DNA of 18,977 bases from an uncultured candidatus Porisulfidus sp. Lineage in GTDB: Bacteria; Pseudomonadota; Gammaproteobacteria; Poriferisulfidales; Poriferisulfidaceae. Where the stretch lies: the NCBI GenBank assembly GCA_965199755.1, contig CBDASZ010000004.1:1-18977 (forward strand), given 5' to 3'. The notes beneath the pieces were generated by a model. It did not search any database, was not told where the DNA came from, and worked only from the letters and a program-made list of their open reading frames with translations. Shown in pieces: positions 1-10,198 of this stretch. Made by a program: the position numbers and the translations under genes. Position 1 is the stretch's first letter, and each line of letters begins with the position of its first letter.

Positions 1-179
1 ATAAGCGAATGGATAAATTCGAGGTGCGAATGGACAAGATGGAAGACCGCATAGATAAGCGGATGGATACGCGGCTTAAGGAATTCAGCCGCAGTATATA
101 TGTGCAGACTATTTCCATTGCGATTGTCGCAGCAGGCGCTGCCGCAGTATTTTCGCAAGTCTTTTTGAGTTCTGAATAA
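1..179 (+). CDS. 3' end of a coiled-coil protein with C-terminal transmembrane anchor (DUF1640/CCDC90-like architecture); 5'-truncated by window edge
   Basis: Not in ORF track. Frame starting at nt 3 reads KRMDKFEVRMDKMEDRIDKRMDTRLKEFSRSIYVQTISIAIVAAGAAAVFSQVFLSSE-TAA(177-179): repeated R(M/I)DK coiled-coil motif followed by a hydrophobic helix. Confidence 0.7.
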   Translation, partial: KRMDKFEVRMDKMEDRIDKRMDTRLKEFSRSIYVQTISIAIVAAGAAAVFSQVFLSSE

Positions 180-325
180 AACACCGCATGTCTGGCGCTG
201 ACCAGGTATACGGACCTGTGCGTACAAAAACAAGAAAAGTCCTGCTTCATTCTCATTCTGTGTGAGACAAGGCTTCTCATTCACTCTACCCATTAAAATA
301 GTGTGCCTCACAGCCGTTTCATCCC

Positions 326-1999
<1,674 letters not shown>

Positions 2000-2003
2000 T
2001 CAT

Positions 2004-2774
2004 TCAGTCAAACTCGGTATCTTTCCAGCGGCGAATCTCGCCAAACACCTGATACGGTTCCAGCACCTGATCTGGTAGGCGGCATTGCGCCGCGGCGATC
2101 ACATCAGGCTTATCAAAGCGCAAAAACGGATTGCACTGCTTCTCATTGCCAAGCGCGGACGGCACCGTCGGCTCGCCACGCTGGCGCATCTCTATAGCCC
2201 GTGCGCGGAAATCCTGCAGCGCCGCGTTGTCTGGCTCCACCCAAGTGGCGAACTCCAGATTGTCCAGCGTGTATTCATGTGCGCAATACACCTGTGTGTC
2301 GTCCGGCAATGCGCGAATCTTTGACAGGGAGGCGTGCATTTGTTGCGGGGTTCCCTCAAACAGCCGTCCGCAGCCTCCAATGAACAGGGTATCGCCGCAG
2401 TACAACTCACCGGGCGCATAGTAGGCAATGTGGCTGCGGGTATGCCCCGGCACCTCCATGACTGTGAAGCACGGCAAGCCGGGCACGCCCGTATCCACCT
2501 GCATAGCTTCCGAAAGGCGAATATCCGCCGTGATACGTTCATCGTGCGGTCCAAAGACGCGCGCCTCAGGCCACTGCTGACACAGTGCGTCCACGCCGCC
2601 GATATGATCGGCATGATGATGTGTTATCAGGATCGCGACCAGTTCGAGACCGCGCAGTTGCAAGGCGTTCGCAATGACCTCGGCATCACCGGGGTCGACC
2701 ACCACGGCGCGTGTACCTGCGGACAGCAGCCACAGATAGTTGTCTTGAAATGCAGGAAGAGCGTCAGCCGGCAT
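2004..2774 (-). CDS. gloB: hydroxyacylglutathione hydrolase (glyoxalase II)
   Basis: DNYLWL, THHHADH metallo-beta-lactamase motif, GHT, GDTLFIGGCGRLFEG, CAHEYT, NPFLR. Confidence 0.95.
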   Translation of the reverse strand: MPADALPAFQDNYLWLLSAGTRAVVVDPGDAEVIANALQLRGLELVAILITHHHADHIGGVDALCQQWPEARVFGPHDERITADIRLSEAMQVDTGVPGLPCFTVMEVPGHTRSHIAYYAPGELYCGDTLFIGGCGRLFEGTPQQMHASLSKIRALPDDTQVYCAHEYTLDNLEFATWVEPDNAALQDFRARAIEMRQRGEPTVPSALGNEKQCNPFLRFDKPDVIAAAQCRLPDQVLEPYQVFGEIRRWKDTEFD

Positions 2775-2863
2775 CGCTGCGCGCTACAGTAGAGAGAACG
2801 CGGCACTGTTGTGGCCGCGGCCAGAAGGCAGCGCAATACGGCTGCCCAATCCGGCTGGGAAGA

Positions 2864-3085
2864 TCAGGAATCTGACTTTTCGAACCAGACCCAAGGGCTT
2901 TCCTTGGCAATTGCGAAGAAGATCGCGACGCCCACCACGATGATGATCAGCAGCGCGATTCCCGCGCCGATGCTCCACACCCAATCGTGCATATGGGCTG
3001 TAAATCCAAACGAGTTCATCGCCCATACGCCCAAGGCGACCCATGCCGCCATGACGATTATGCCCAATACTTCTTTGATCCGCAT
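2864..3085 (-). CDS. small hypothetical membrane protein (2 predicted TM helices)
   Basis: 73 aa, two hydrophobic segments flanking AHMHDW; GGAG ribosome binding site just upstream of the ATG; 41 nt downstream of the reductase on the same strand. Confidence 0.75.
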   Translation of the reverse strand: MRIKEVLGIIVMAAWVALGVWAMNSFGFTAHMHDWVWSIGAGIALLIIIVVGVAIFFAIAKESPWVWFEKSDS

Positions 3086-3126
3086 TGTTTTCTCCAGTGT
3101 CAGTGTGAACAGAAAGGCATTTTACA

Positions 3127-4218
3127 TTAGCCGCCCGGTCGCCCGCCAGGAATACTGCTGGCGTCCAGAAACTTGTCGAAGAAGATTTGATCGGAGCTCA
3201 TGCCTTCAGCTTCAAGCACCGCGATCGCGGCATCAATCATCGGGGGCGGACCGCACAAGTAACCCTGCGCGCTACCAATGTCCAGTGCCTGGGTTTCCAC
3301 ATAGGCGGCCTTCAGGTGGTCCGTGACCATCCCGCGCGCGCCTCCCCAATCGCTGTCTTCCGGCTCCATGTTGAGCACTTCAACATACTCAAAGCGATGC
3401 TCCGGGTGCCAGGACTGACGAATGGCTTCCATGGCCTCCCGGCCGTATAAATCCTGTTGGGTGCGCGCGCCAAACAAAAACAGCGCGTCGCGACGCACCT
3501 GATCGAGCGCTGCCTGCTCCAGCACCGCCTTGATCGCACTCATGCCGGAACCGCCAGCAATGCAGATCATGGCCGACTCGCCCTCGTGGTAGCGGAACCC
3601 GCCATACGGCAGCGACACTTTCAGCGACGTGCCCGCCCGCTCTTCGGCGAACAGCCATTCGGTGAACTCGCCATTCGGCACTTTGCGAATGTAGAAGGTC
3701 AATTCGTCAGCGTCCTCGTGCGCCGGGGCCTTGGCGAAGGAGTAGGAGCGCGGCACCGCCAACCCCTCGAAACTCAACTCCGCATACTGTCCGGCCAAAC
3801 CGTTGTGCTGCAGTTGCGGCACGGCCACCACCAGTTCCACAATGTCATGGGTCAGAGGATTCGCGGCGGTGATGGTGCCGCTATAGTGGGCGAGCGGGGT
3901 CGCCAGCAGGTCGTTATCCAGAACAACCTCAATGGTGACATCACTGCGCGGCTCGCTCTGGCAGGCCAGAATGATGCCCTCTTCCAGTTGGTTGGGGGTC
4001 AGCACCGTCTCGAAATCGGTGCGTCGGCGCACCCGCCCGGAGATCAGTTTGCATTCACAGGTAGCGCAATTGCCTTGACGGCAATCGTGCGGCCACGGCA
4101 GGCCGGCTTCAAGTCCCGCGGACAGAAGATCCTGTCCGGGTGCGACGATCAGCGTGTGTTCACCATTATTGATGCGCGCCTGACGCGCACGCTTACCGCC
4201 GAAGAGACCCCACAGCAT
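3127..4218 (-). CDS. 2Fe-2S ferredoxin/FAD/NAD(P)H oxidoreductase (XylA/DmpP/MmoC-type oxygenase reductase family)
   Basis: N-terminal CRQGNCATC...LACQ plant-type 2Fe-2S motif; RSYS flavin motif; GGSGMS NAD-binding; YLCGPPPM; terminal FDKF. Confidence 0.9.
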   Translation of the reverse strand: MLWGLFGGKRARQARINNGEHTLIVAPGQDLLSAGLEAGLPWPHDCRQGNCATCECKLISGRVRRRTDFETVLTPNQLEEGIILACQSEPRSDVTIEVVLDNDLLATPLAHYSGTITAANPLTHDIVELVVAVPQLQHNGLAGQYAELSFEGLAVPRSYSFAKAPAHEDADELTFYIRKVPNGEFTEWLFAEERAGTSLKVSLPYGGFRYHEGESAMICIAGGSGMSAIKAVLEQAALDQVRRDALFLFGARTQQDLYGREAMEAIRQSWHPEHRFEYVEVLNMEPEDSDWGGARGMVTDHLKAAYVETQALDIGSAQGYLCGPPPMIDAAIAVLEAEGMSSDQIFFDKFLDASSIPGGRPGG

Positions 4219-4277
4219 TGGAAACGCCCGCGGACTGGCCGTCTCCCTCAGAACGTTCCCAATGCGGGCGTTCTGAT

Positions 4278-4937
4278 TTACAGAACGTTGATTGCGACGT
4301 TGCGCAACGTTCCCGAATCCATATCTTCTTTAGTCGGAAGATTCGAGAACGGGGTCAGTCGTTCTTTGCTGGTGCTGGGATGCTGCTTCACGGCTTCCCA
4401 CCAGTTCTTGACCGCTGCGCGGGAATCCACCAGATCAGAGGCTCCGGCGCTGACTAGAACATTGACACAGGCGCTCCAGTGAATATCGGCCAGTGAGAAC
4501 TCACCGACCAGATAATCCCCACGTTTGGAGGATTGCAACTGCGCGTCCATCACATCGAACAACTTGGCCAGCAGAGCGCGGTCACCGCCGCCTCCACGGG
4601 TTGCGGCCGCCTCAGCCTGAACGTAGTCCGTCGCCAGATGCGCGAACTGATACATTTGCGCCCGGGCCACTCCGTTTCTGGGAACCAGTGAAGGGCCAAA
4701 GCCCTTGTCGTCCAGATAAGACAGAATCGCTCCCGTGCCGTAGACCACATTTTCCAGGTCCTTGAGCACCGGGGCGCTGCCTAGTGGAGACATCGACGTG
4801 ACTTCGTCGCCTCCCTGAATGACGTGCGTTTCAATATCCACACCCTTCTCGCCAGCGGTCTGCAGACACTTCGCAGTATCAATGCAGGTGGGGTGGCCGT
4901 AAAGGTGCATGGCGCTTGCGAGCTTGTCGCCAATCAT
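4278..4937 (-). CDS. glutathione S-transferase fold protein, divergent
   Basis: 219 aa; PLGSAPVLKD cis-Pro loop, AILSYLDDK helix, YLVGEFSLADI C-terminal GST motif; GAGGAG RBS upstream. Confidence 0.85.
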   Translation of the reverse strand: MIGDKLASAMHLYGHPTCIDTAKCLQTAGEKGVDIETHVIQGGDEVTSMSPLGSAPVLKDLENVVYGTGAILSYLDDKGFGPSLVPRNGVARAQMYQFAHLATDYVQAEAAATRGGGGDRALLAKLFDVMDAQLQSSKRGDYLVGEFSLADIHWSACVNVLVSAGASDLVDSRAAVKNWWEAVKQHPSTSKERLTPFSNLPTKEDMDSGTLRNVAINVL

Positions 4938-4971
4938 AATTGCTCCTCTCGATTTTGAGCTTTAGCGTTGA

Positions 4972-5151
4972 TTAGTCTTCAATCTTCAAAGCGCCGGACG
5001 GACATTGCGCGACCACATCCCGCACCTTGTCCTCCGGTGCCGCGGTCACATCAATAACGAATTGCCCGTCTTCAACTTTGAAAACTTCCGGGGCACCCGA
5101 CACACACTTGCCAGCGTGAATACAGGTGTTCTCATCCCAAGTTACTTGCAT
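4972..5151 (-). CDS. small Fe-S protein, YjdI/Fer4_19-type divergent 4Fe-4S mono-cluster ferredoxin (59 aa)
   Basis: Absent from the ORF track. Translates as MQVTWDENTCIHAGKCVSGAPEVFKVEDGQFVIDVTAAPEDKVRDVVAQCPSGALKIED, with CxHxxxC and CPSGAL motifs; AGGAG RBS at 5161-5165. Confidence 0.9.
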   Translation of the reverse strand: MQVTWDENTCIHAGKCVSGAPEVFKVEDGQFVIDVTAAPEDKVRDVVAQCPSGALKIED

Positions 5152-5230
5152 GGTTATTCTCTCCTGCAGTTAAAAATTACATCCCGCCGCATGAAGCCAA
5201 AAGATGTTTTCAGTTTCTCTTTGCGGCCGT

Positions 5231-5246
5231 CTGTATATTATCACAG
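5231..5246. promoter_or_regulatory. LexA/SOS-box-like operator CTGT-N8-ACAG overlapping a candidate extended -10 (minus strand TGTGATAATAT)
   Basis: CTGTATATTATCACAG matches the gammaproteobacterial LexA consensus with an AT-rich spacer; about 80 nt upstream of the ferredoxin ATG. Confidence 0.55.
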
Positions 5247-5253
5247 GATGGCG

Positions 5254-7341
5254 TCAATCTTGCACCGGCTGCTCGATCTCTTTCATGGTTAGTTTGACGC
5301 GCCCAAGTTTGTCCACATCCAGCACCTTCACACAGACCTCCTGACCTTCGGACAACTCCGAATCCACGCTCTTGACGCGGTGGGTGGAAATCTGCGAGAT
5401 ATGCACCAGCCCGTCCTTGCCTGGCAACAGGCTGACAAAGGCACCGAAGTCCATGATGCGCACCACGCGACCGGTGTAGATCTTGCCAATCTCGACCTCG
5501 CTGGTGAGCAGTTCAATATGCGCGCGGGCCTTCTCCGCCTGTGCGCTTTCGGTTGAGGCGATTTTCACCAGGCCGTCATCGTCAATGTCAATGGTGGTGC
5601 CCGTCTCTTCGGTCAGCGCGCGGATGGTTGCCCCGCCCTTGCCAATCACATCGCGGATCTTGTCCGGATTGATGCGGATGGTCAAAAAGCGCGGCGCGTA
5701 GTCCGACATGTTCTCGCGCGGCTCCGCCAGCGCCTGATTCATCTCGCCGAGGATATGCAACCGACCGTCGCGGGCTTGCGCCAGCGCCTGCTCCATGATC
5801 TCGCGCGTAATGCCGTCAATCTTGATGTCCATTTGCAGCGCGGTGATGCCGTCGTTTGTGCCAGCCACCTTGAAGTCCATGTCGCCTAAGTGATCCTCGT
5901 CGCCCAGAATGTCGCTCAGTACGGCGAAGGCGTCACCCTCTTTGATCAGGCCCATGGCGATACCTGCAACAGGTGCCTTGATCGGCACGCCGGCATCCAT
6001 CAACGACAGACTGCTGCCGCACACAGTGGCCATGGAACTGGAGCCGTTCGACTCGGTGATCTCGGATACCACGCGCAGCACATAAGGAAAATCCTCCGGG
6101 TCCGGCATCACCGCCATCATCGCGCGCTTGGCCAGTTTGCCGTGCCCGATTTCGCGCCGCTTCGGTGCCAGCATCATGCTGATCTCGCCCACTGAAAACG
6201 GCGGAAAATTGTAATGTAGCAGGAACGGATCGCGATATTCACCTTCCAGCGCGTCGATAATCTGCGCATCGCGCGTGGTGCCCAGCGTGGTCATCACCAG
6301 TGCCTGCGTCTCACCGCGTGTAAACAAAGCACTGCCGTGCGTGCGCGGGAACAGTCCGGTGCGAATAAAGATGGGTCGTACATCGGACTTGCTGCGTCCG
6401 TCAATACGTGGATTGCCGTCCAGCACACGCGCCCGCACCAGTTGTTTCTCCAGATCCTTGAACGCGCCCGTGACAGCTTCTTCCGTGGTGTCGTCTCCGG
6501 CCAGTTCGGTCACGGCGACTGCCTTGATTTCGGCGACGCGATTCTGGCGTTCCATTTTCTCGCCAATCTGATAGGCCGCGGCCAGATCATCCTGACACTG
6601 CGCCTGTACGCGCTCCGCCAGCGCCGCATCCACTTCCGGCGCATTCCAACCCCATGCCGCAGGCGCGACCTCATCGCGCAGAGCTTCGATGGCGTCAATC
6701 GCCACCTGCATGCCTTCGTGTCCGAACATCACCGCGTCCAGCATTACCTGCTCAGACAGGAATTCGGCTTCCGACTCCACCATCAGCACCGCGCCGCGCG
6801 TACCGGCCACGACCAGATCCAGCTGGCTTTCCCGCACCTGGCTCACAGTCGGGTTGAGCACATACTCGCCGTCGCAATAACCCACCCGTGCGCCGGCGAT
6901 TGGGCCTTGGAACGGCATTCCTGACACCGCCAGCGCCGCGGAAGCGCCGAGCATGGCCGGAATATCCGGGTTCAGATCCTTGTTTAAGCACAGCACATTG
7001 GCGATGATCTGCACGTCCTGGCGATAGCCTTTCGGAAACAGCGGGCGAATCGGGCGGTCAATCAGCCGCGAGGTCAGAATCTCTTTTTCGCTGGGGCGAC
7101 CTTCGCGCTTGAAGAAACCACCGGGAATGCGCCCGGCGGCGTAGGTCTTTTCCTGATAGTTGACCGTCAGCGGGAAGAAGTCCCGCGACGGATCAGCCTG
7201 TTTGCTACCTACCGCGGTGACCAACACCACGGTCTCGTTCATATGCACTAGCACAGAGCCGGAGGCTTGTCGGGCGATTTCGCCGGTTTCGAGGGTCACG
7301 GCATGCTCGCCGTATTGAAAGCTTTGTGTGATCGGTTTCAT
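5254..7341 (-). CDS. pnp: polyribonucleotide nucleotidyltransferase (PNPase)
   Basis: [51 protein letters not shown]-terminal KH and S1 domains. Confidence 0.99.
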   Translation of the reverse strand: MKPITQSFQYGEHAVTLETGEIARQASGSVLVHMNETVVLVTAVGSKQADPSRDFFPLTVNYQEKTYAAGRIPGGFFKREGRPSEKEILTSRLIDRPIRPLFPKGYRQDVQIIANVLCLNKDLNPDIPAMLGASAALAVSGMPFQGPIAGARVGYCDGEYVLNPTVSQVRESQLDLVVAGTRGAVLMVESEAEFLSEQVMLDAVMFGHEGMQVAIDAIEALRDEVAPAAWGWNAPEVDAALAERVQAQCQDDLAAAYQIGEKMERQNRVAEIKAVAVTELAGDDTTEEAVTGAFKDLEKQLVRARVLDGNPRIDGRSKSDVRPIFIRTGLFPRTHGSALFTRGETQALVMTTLGTTRDAQIIDALEGEYRDPFLLHYNFPPFSVGEISMMLAPKRREIGHGKLAKRAMMAVMPDPEDFPYVLRVVSEITESNGSSSMATVCGSSLSLMDAGVPIKAPVAGIAMGLIKEGDAFAVLSDILGDEDHLGDMDFKVAGTNDGITALQMDIKIDGITREIMEQALAQARDGRLHILGEMNQALAEPRENMSDYAPRFLTIRINPDKIRDVIGKGGATIRALTEETGTTIDIDDDGLVKIASTESAQAEKARAHIELLTSEVEIGKIYTGRVVRIMDFGAFVSLLPGKDGLVHISQISTHRVKSVDSELSEGQEVCVKVLDVDKLGRVKLTMKEIEQPVQD

Positions 7342-7348
7342 GTGTTTC

Positions 7349-7391
7349 GGTCAGGGGTGCAAGAATAAAACAAACCGCCAGGCACCCCACC
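7349..7391 (-). promoter_or_regulatory. stem-loop in pnp leader (possible RNase III/PNPase autoregulation structure)
   Basis: GGGGTGC(7354-7360)/GCACCCC(7382-7388) inverted repeat with GGT/ACC extension, ending 7 nt before the pnp start; function inferred by analogy to the E. coli pnp leader. Confidence 0.4.
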
Positions 7392-7446
7392 GGCCTGATG
7401 CGGATAAGGAAAATGCGTCAACGAGAGAATAGGAAGTGGTCCGCAA

Positions 7447-7716
7447 TCAGCGGCGCAGACCCAGCGACTCAATCAACGTCGCGTAACGCGCGTGATTTCG
7501 TTTGCGCAAGTGTTGCAGCAAACCGCGGCGCGCGTGAACCATTTTCATCAGTCCATGCCGAGAATGCTGATCTTTGGGGTGCGACTGAAAATGCCGCATC
7601 ATCTGGTTGATTCGGGACGTCAGCAACGCCACCTGAACTTCAGGCGAGCCGACATCATCCGGCGCGCGCTGATATTTCTCGATGATTTCTGACTTTTCTG
7701 GTGCAGAAAGTGGCAT
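7447..7716 (-). CDS. rpsO: 30S ribosomal protein S15
   Basis: DVGSPEVQVALLT, HPKDQHSRHGL, LGLRR; 89 aa; directly upstream of pnp. Confidence 0.98.
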   Translation of the reverse strand: MPLSAPEKSEIIEKYQRAPDDVGSPEVQVALLTSRINQMMRHFQSHPKDQHSRHGLMKMVHARRGLLQHLRKRNHARYATLIESLGLRR

Positions 7717-7770
7717 GGATGCTCAATAATCCCGGTTGCAAACAATGAGGCCCGAAAGCCCCTCAAATTC

Positions 7771-7786
7771 GGCGCGCATTGTAGCA
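7771..7786 (-). promoter_or_regulatory. rpsO promoter: extended -10 TGcTACAAT followed by GC-rich discriminator GCGCGCC
   Basis: Minus strand reads TGCTACAATGCGCGCC, typical of stringently controlled ribosomal-protein promoters. Confidence 0.6.
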
Positions 7787-7792
7787 CACGGC

Positions 7793-8353
7793 TCAACTCG
7801 GAGGCATCGCGTCGCGCAAGGCTAGGCGCAAGTAATACAGCATTGAGATCAGCGTCATCGCCGCAGCAAGGCCGAGCAGGCTCAACCCCCACAGGTACAG
7901 CGGCGCGTCAAACTGCGGCGAGGCCCACAACAACAACAGCAGCGCCACCAGCTGCAGCAGCGTCTTCAGCTTGCCGAGCCACGACACCGCCAGCCGGCGC
8001 GGCTTCGCCGCATTGGCCAGCCATTCGCGCAGTGCGGAGATCGCGATCTCCCGACCGATGATGATGCAGGCCGCCGCCAGCAACAGCAGACTGCTGTCGC
8101 GCCACACCAGCAACACCAGCGCCACTGATACCAGCAACTTGTCGGCGACCGGATCGAGAAACTCGCCGAACGCTGACTGCTGTCCCAGCCGCCGCGCCAG
8201 AAATCCGTCCGCCCAATCCGTCAGCGAGGCCAGCGCAAACACCAAGGCGGCTGCCTGCGAGCCCCAGCCGGGCACAAAAAACATGGCGGTGAACACCGGA
8301 ATCAGCGCGAGGCGCAGTCCGGTCAGCAGATTCGGTATCGTCACAACGGTCAT
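7793..8353 (-). CDS. pgsA: CDP-diacylglycerol--glycerol-3-phosphate 3-phosphatidyltransferase
   Basis: IPNLLT, TDWADGFLARR...FGEFLDPVADK CDP-alcohol phosphotransferase motif; ATGA overlap with uvrC. Confidence 0.96.
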   Translation of the reverse strand: MTVVTIPNLLTGLRLALIPVFTAMFFVPGWGSQAAALVFALASLTDWADGFLARRLGQQSAFGEFLDPVADKLLVSVALVLLVWRDSSLLLLAAACIIIGREIAISALREWLANAAKPRRLAVSWLGKLKTLLQLVALLLLLWASPQFDAPLYLWGLSLLGLAAAMTLISMLYYLRLALRDAMPPS

Positions 8354-10185
8354 GGCCCACTCTCATGCAGATAATCATAAATCTCCTGCGCCAGCACGGT
8401 GCCGACGCCAGAGACGCGCGCCAGTTCCCGCGCGGTGGCGTCACGCACGCCTTGCCAGCCACCGAAGTGGCGCAGCAGGGCCTGACGGCGCTTGCTGCCA
8501 ATGCCCGGAATTTCTTCCAGCGGCGACGCCGCGCGGCGGCGGGCGCGGCGCTTGCGGTGACCAGTAATGGCGAAGCGATGCGCCTCATCGCGAATCTGCT
8601 GCACCAAATGCGAGGCGACCGATTGTTTCGGCAGGCGCAGCGGGTCTTCCAGCGTGTCCGCATACAGCGTCTCATGTCCCGGCTTGCGCCCGGCACCTTT
8701 GGCGACCGCGACCAGCACCACGCCCGGCACGTCCAGTTCGTCCAGCACCGCGCGCGCGGCATGCCATTGTCCGACCCCGCCATCCACGAACAGCACGTCC
8801 GGGGCCGGGTATTCTCCACGCTTGATGCGCGCGTAGCGCCGCGTCAAGGCGGCGCGCATGGCTCCGTAATCGTCTCCGGGAGTCACACCTTTAATGTTAA
8901 AGCGACGGTATTCCTGACGGCACGCCCCTTCCGCGTCAAACACCACACAGGAGGCCACCGGCGCCTCACCGCGCGTGTGGCTGATGTCGAAACATTCCAG
9001 CCGAACGGGCACGCTGTCGAGCAGCAACGCTTGCGCCAACGCCTCCAGCCGCTCTCCTATGCCGGCGCGCGACTGTGCGCGTACAGCGATGGCCTGCTGC
9101 GCGTTGCGCAACGCCAGATCCACTTGCGCCCGACGGCGTCCGCGTACCCGCGCATACAAGCGCACTTTGGCCTGCGTGCGCTCACTCAGCCACTCCTCCA
9201 GCAGAGATTGCTCGGAAACCGGATGGCTGAGCAGGACCTCCGGCGGGGCCGCGCGATCCAGATAGTACTGGCCGATAAAGGCGCGCAGCAATTGAGAAGC
9301 TTCTGCCTTTGGTTCCAGTCCCTGCGGGAAATAACTGCGGTGACCGTGGCTCGCGCCTTCGCGAAAACTGCCAACATCCACACAGTGCCAACCGCCCTCG
9401 CACACCGCCGCCAGCACATCGAAGTGACGCCCGCCCACGCCAGTGCGGTATTGACTTTGGATCGCTTGCAGCGACTGCACGCGATCGCGCCACTCACCGG
9501 CCTCCTCATAGTCCAGCCGCGCAGCAGCAGCGTCCATGCGCCCGGTCAGATCCGCCAGCACTTCCTCATTGCGCCCTTCCAGAAAGCGCAGCGCCAGTGT
9601 GACATCGGCGCGATAGGCTTCCGGTTCGATATAACCGACGCACGGGGCGGTGCAACGCTTGATCTGGTATTGCAGGCAGGGGCGCGAGCGGTTGCGAAAG
9701 AAACTGTCGGAACACTGTCGAACGCGGAACAGCTTCTGCAGCACGCTTAAGGTGTCGCGCAGCGGGCCCACTCCGGCGTAGGGTCCGAAGGTGCGGCCTT
9801 GACGGCGGCGACGACCGCGATAGAACGACAGACCGGGATAGGTCTGGTGCGTTGAGGCGTACAGATAGGGATAACTCTTGTCGTCGCGCAGCAGGATGTT
9901 GTAGTGCGGGTGATGCTGCTTGATCAAGGTATTCTCCAGCAGCAGCGCATCCGCCTCGGTAGCGGTGACGGTGACCTCAACCCGCGCCATAGCATCCATC
10001 ATCTGTCGCGTACGCGGTCCCAGCGAGCGGCTGCCGAAGTAGGTGGAGACGCGCTTTTTCAGATCGCGCGCCTTGCCGACGTACAGGATCTCATCGTGTG
10101 TATCCAGCATCCGGTAGACGCCCGGCGCATGCGTCAGGGTGCGCAAAAAGTCCTGCGCTGCAAACGGTTCGGAGGGCGCAGTCAT
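8350..10185 (-). CDS. uvrC: excinuclease ABC subunit C
   Basis: GIY-YIG (PGVYRM...YVGKARDL), LLRDDKSYPY, ECFDISH, DGG, RDEAHRFAI, HhH. Start moved to ATG 10185 (GAGGGAG RBS; avoids overlap with fabH). Confidence 0.97.
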   Translation of the reverse strand: MTAPSEPFAAQDFLRTLTHAPGVYRMLDTHDEILYVGKARDLKKRVSTYFGSRSLGPRTRQMMDAMARVEVTVTATEADALLLENTLIKQHHPHYNILLRDDKSYPYLYASTHQTYPGLSFYRGRRRRQGRTFGPYAGVGPLRDTLSVLQKLFRVRQCSDSFFRNRSRPCLQYQIKRCTAPCVGYIEPEAYRADVTLALRFLEGRNEEVLADLTGRMDAAAARLDYEEAGEWRDRVQSLQAIQSQYRTGVGGRHFDVLAAVCEGGWHCVDVGSFREGASHGHRSYFPQGLEPKAEASQLLRAFIGQYYLDRAAPPEVLLSHPVSEQSLLEEWLSERTQAKVRLYARVRGRRRAQVDLALRNAQQAIAVRAQSRAGIGERLEALAQALLLDSVPVRLECFDISHTRGEAPVASCVVFDAEGACRQEYRRFNIKGVTPGDDYGAMRAALTRRYARIKRGEYPAPDVLFVDGGVGQWHAARAVLDELDVPGVVLVAVAKGAGRKPGHETLYADTLEDPLRLPKQSVASHLVQQIRDEAHRFAITGHRKRRARRRAASPLEEIPGIGSKRRQALLRHFGGWQGVRDATARELARVSGVGTVLAQEIYDYLHESGP

Positions 10186-10198
10186 TGTGGGCGCTCCC

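Noticed and set aside
250-282. Direct repeat TTCTCATTC x2 upstream of glnS (Fur-like on the reverse strand)
   Set aside because: Not palindromic and too short to support a regulator assignment.
2827-2846. GGCAGC/GCTGCC hairpin as terminator of the redox operon
   Set aside because: No proper U-tract on either strand.
3457-4482. 341-aa plus-strand ORF
   Set aside because: Antisense to the reductase and GST genes; no motifs.
7717-7792. tRNA-Gly expected after pgsA
   Set aside because: The 76-nt gap has no TTCGA T-loop or cloverleaf; it contains the rpsO promoter instead.
8365-9750. 461-aa plus-strand ORF
   Set aside because: Antisense shadow of uvrC in GC-rich DNA; no recognisable motifs.
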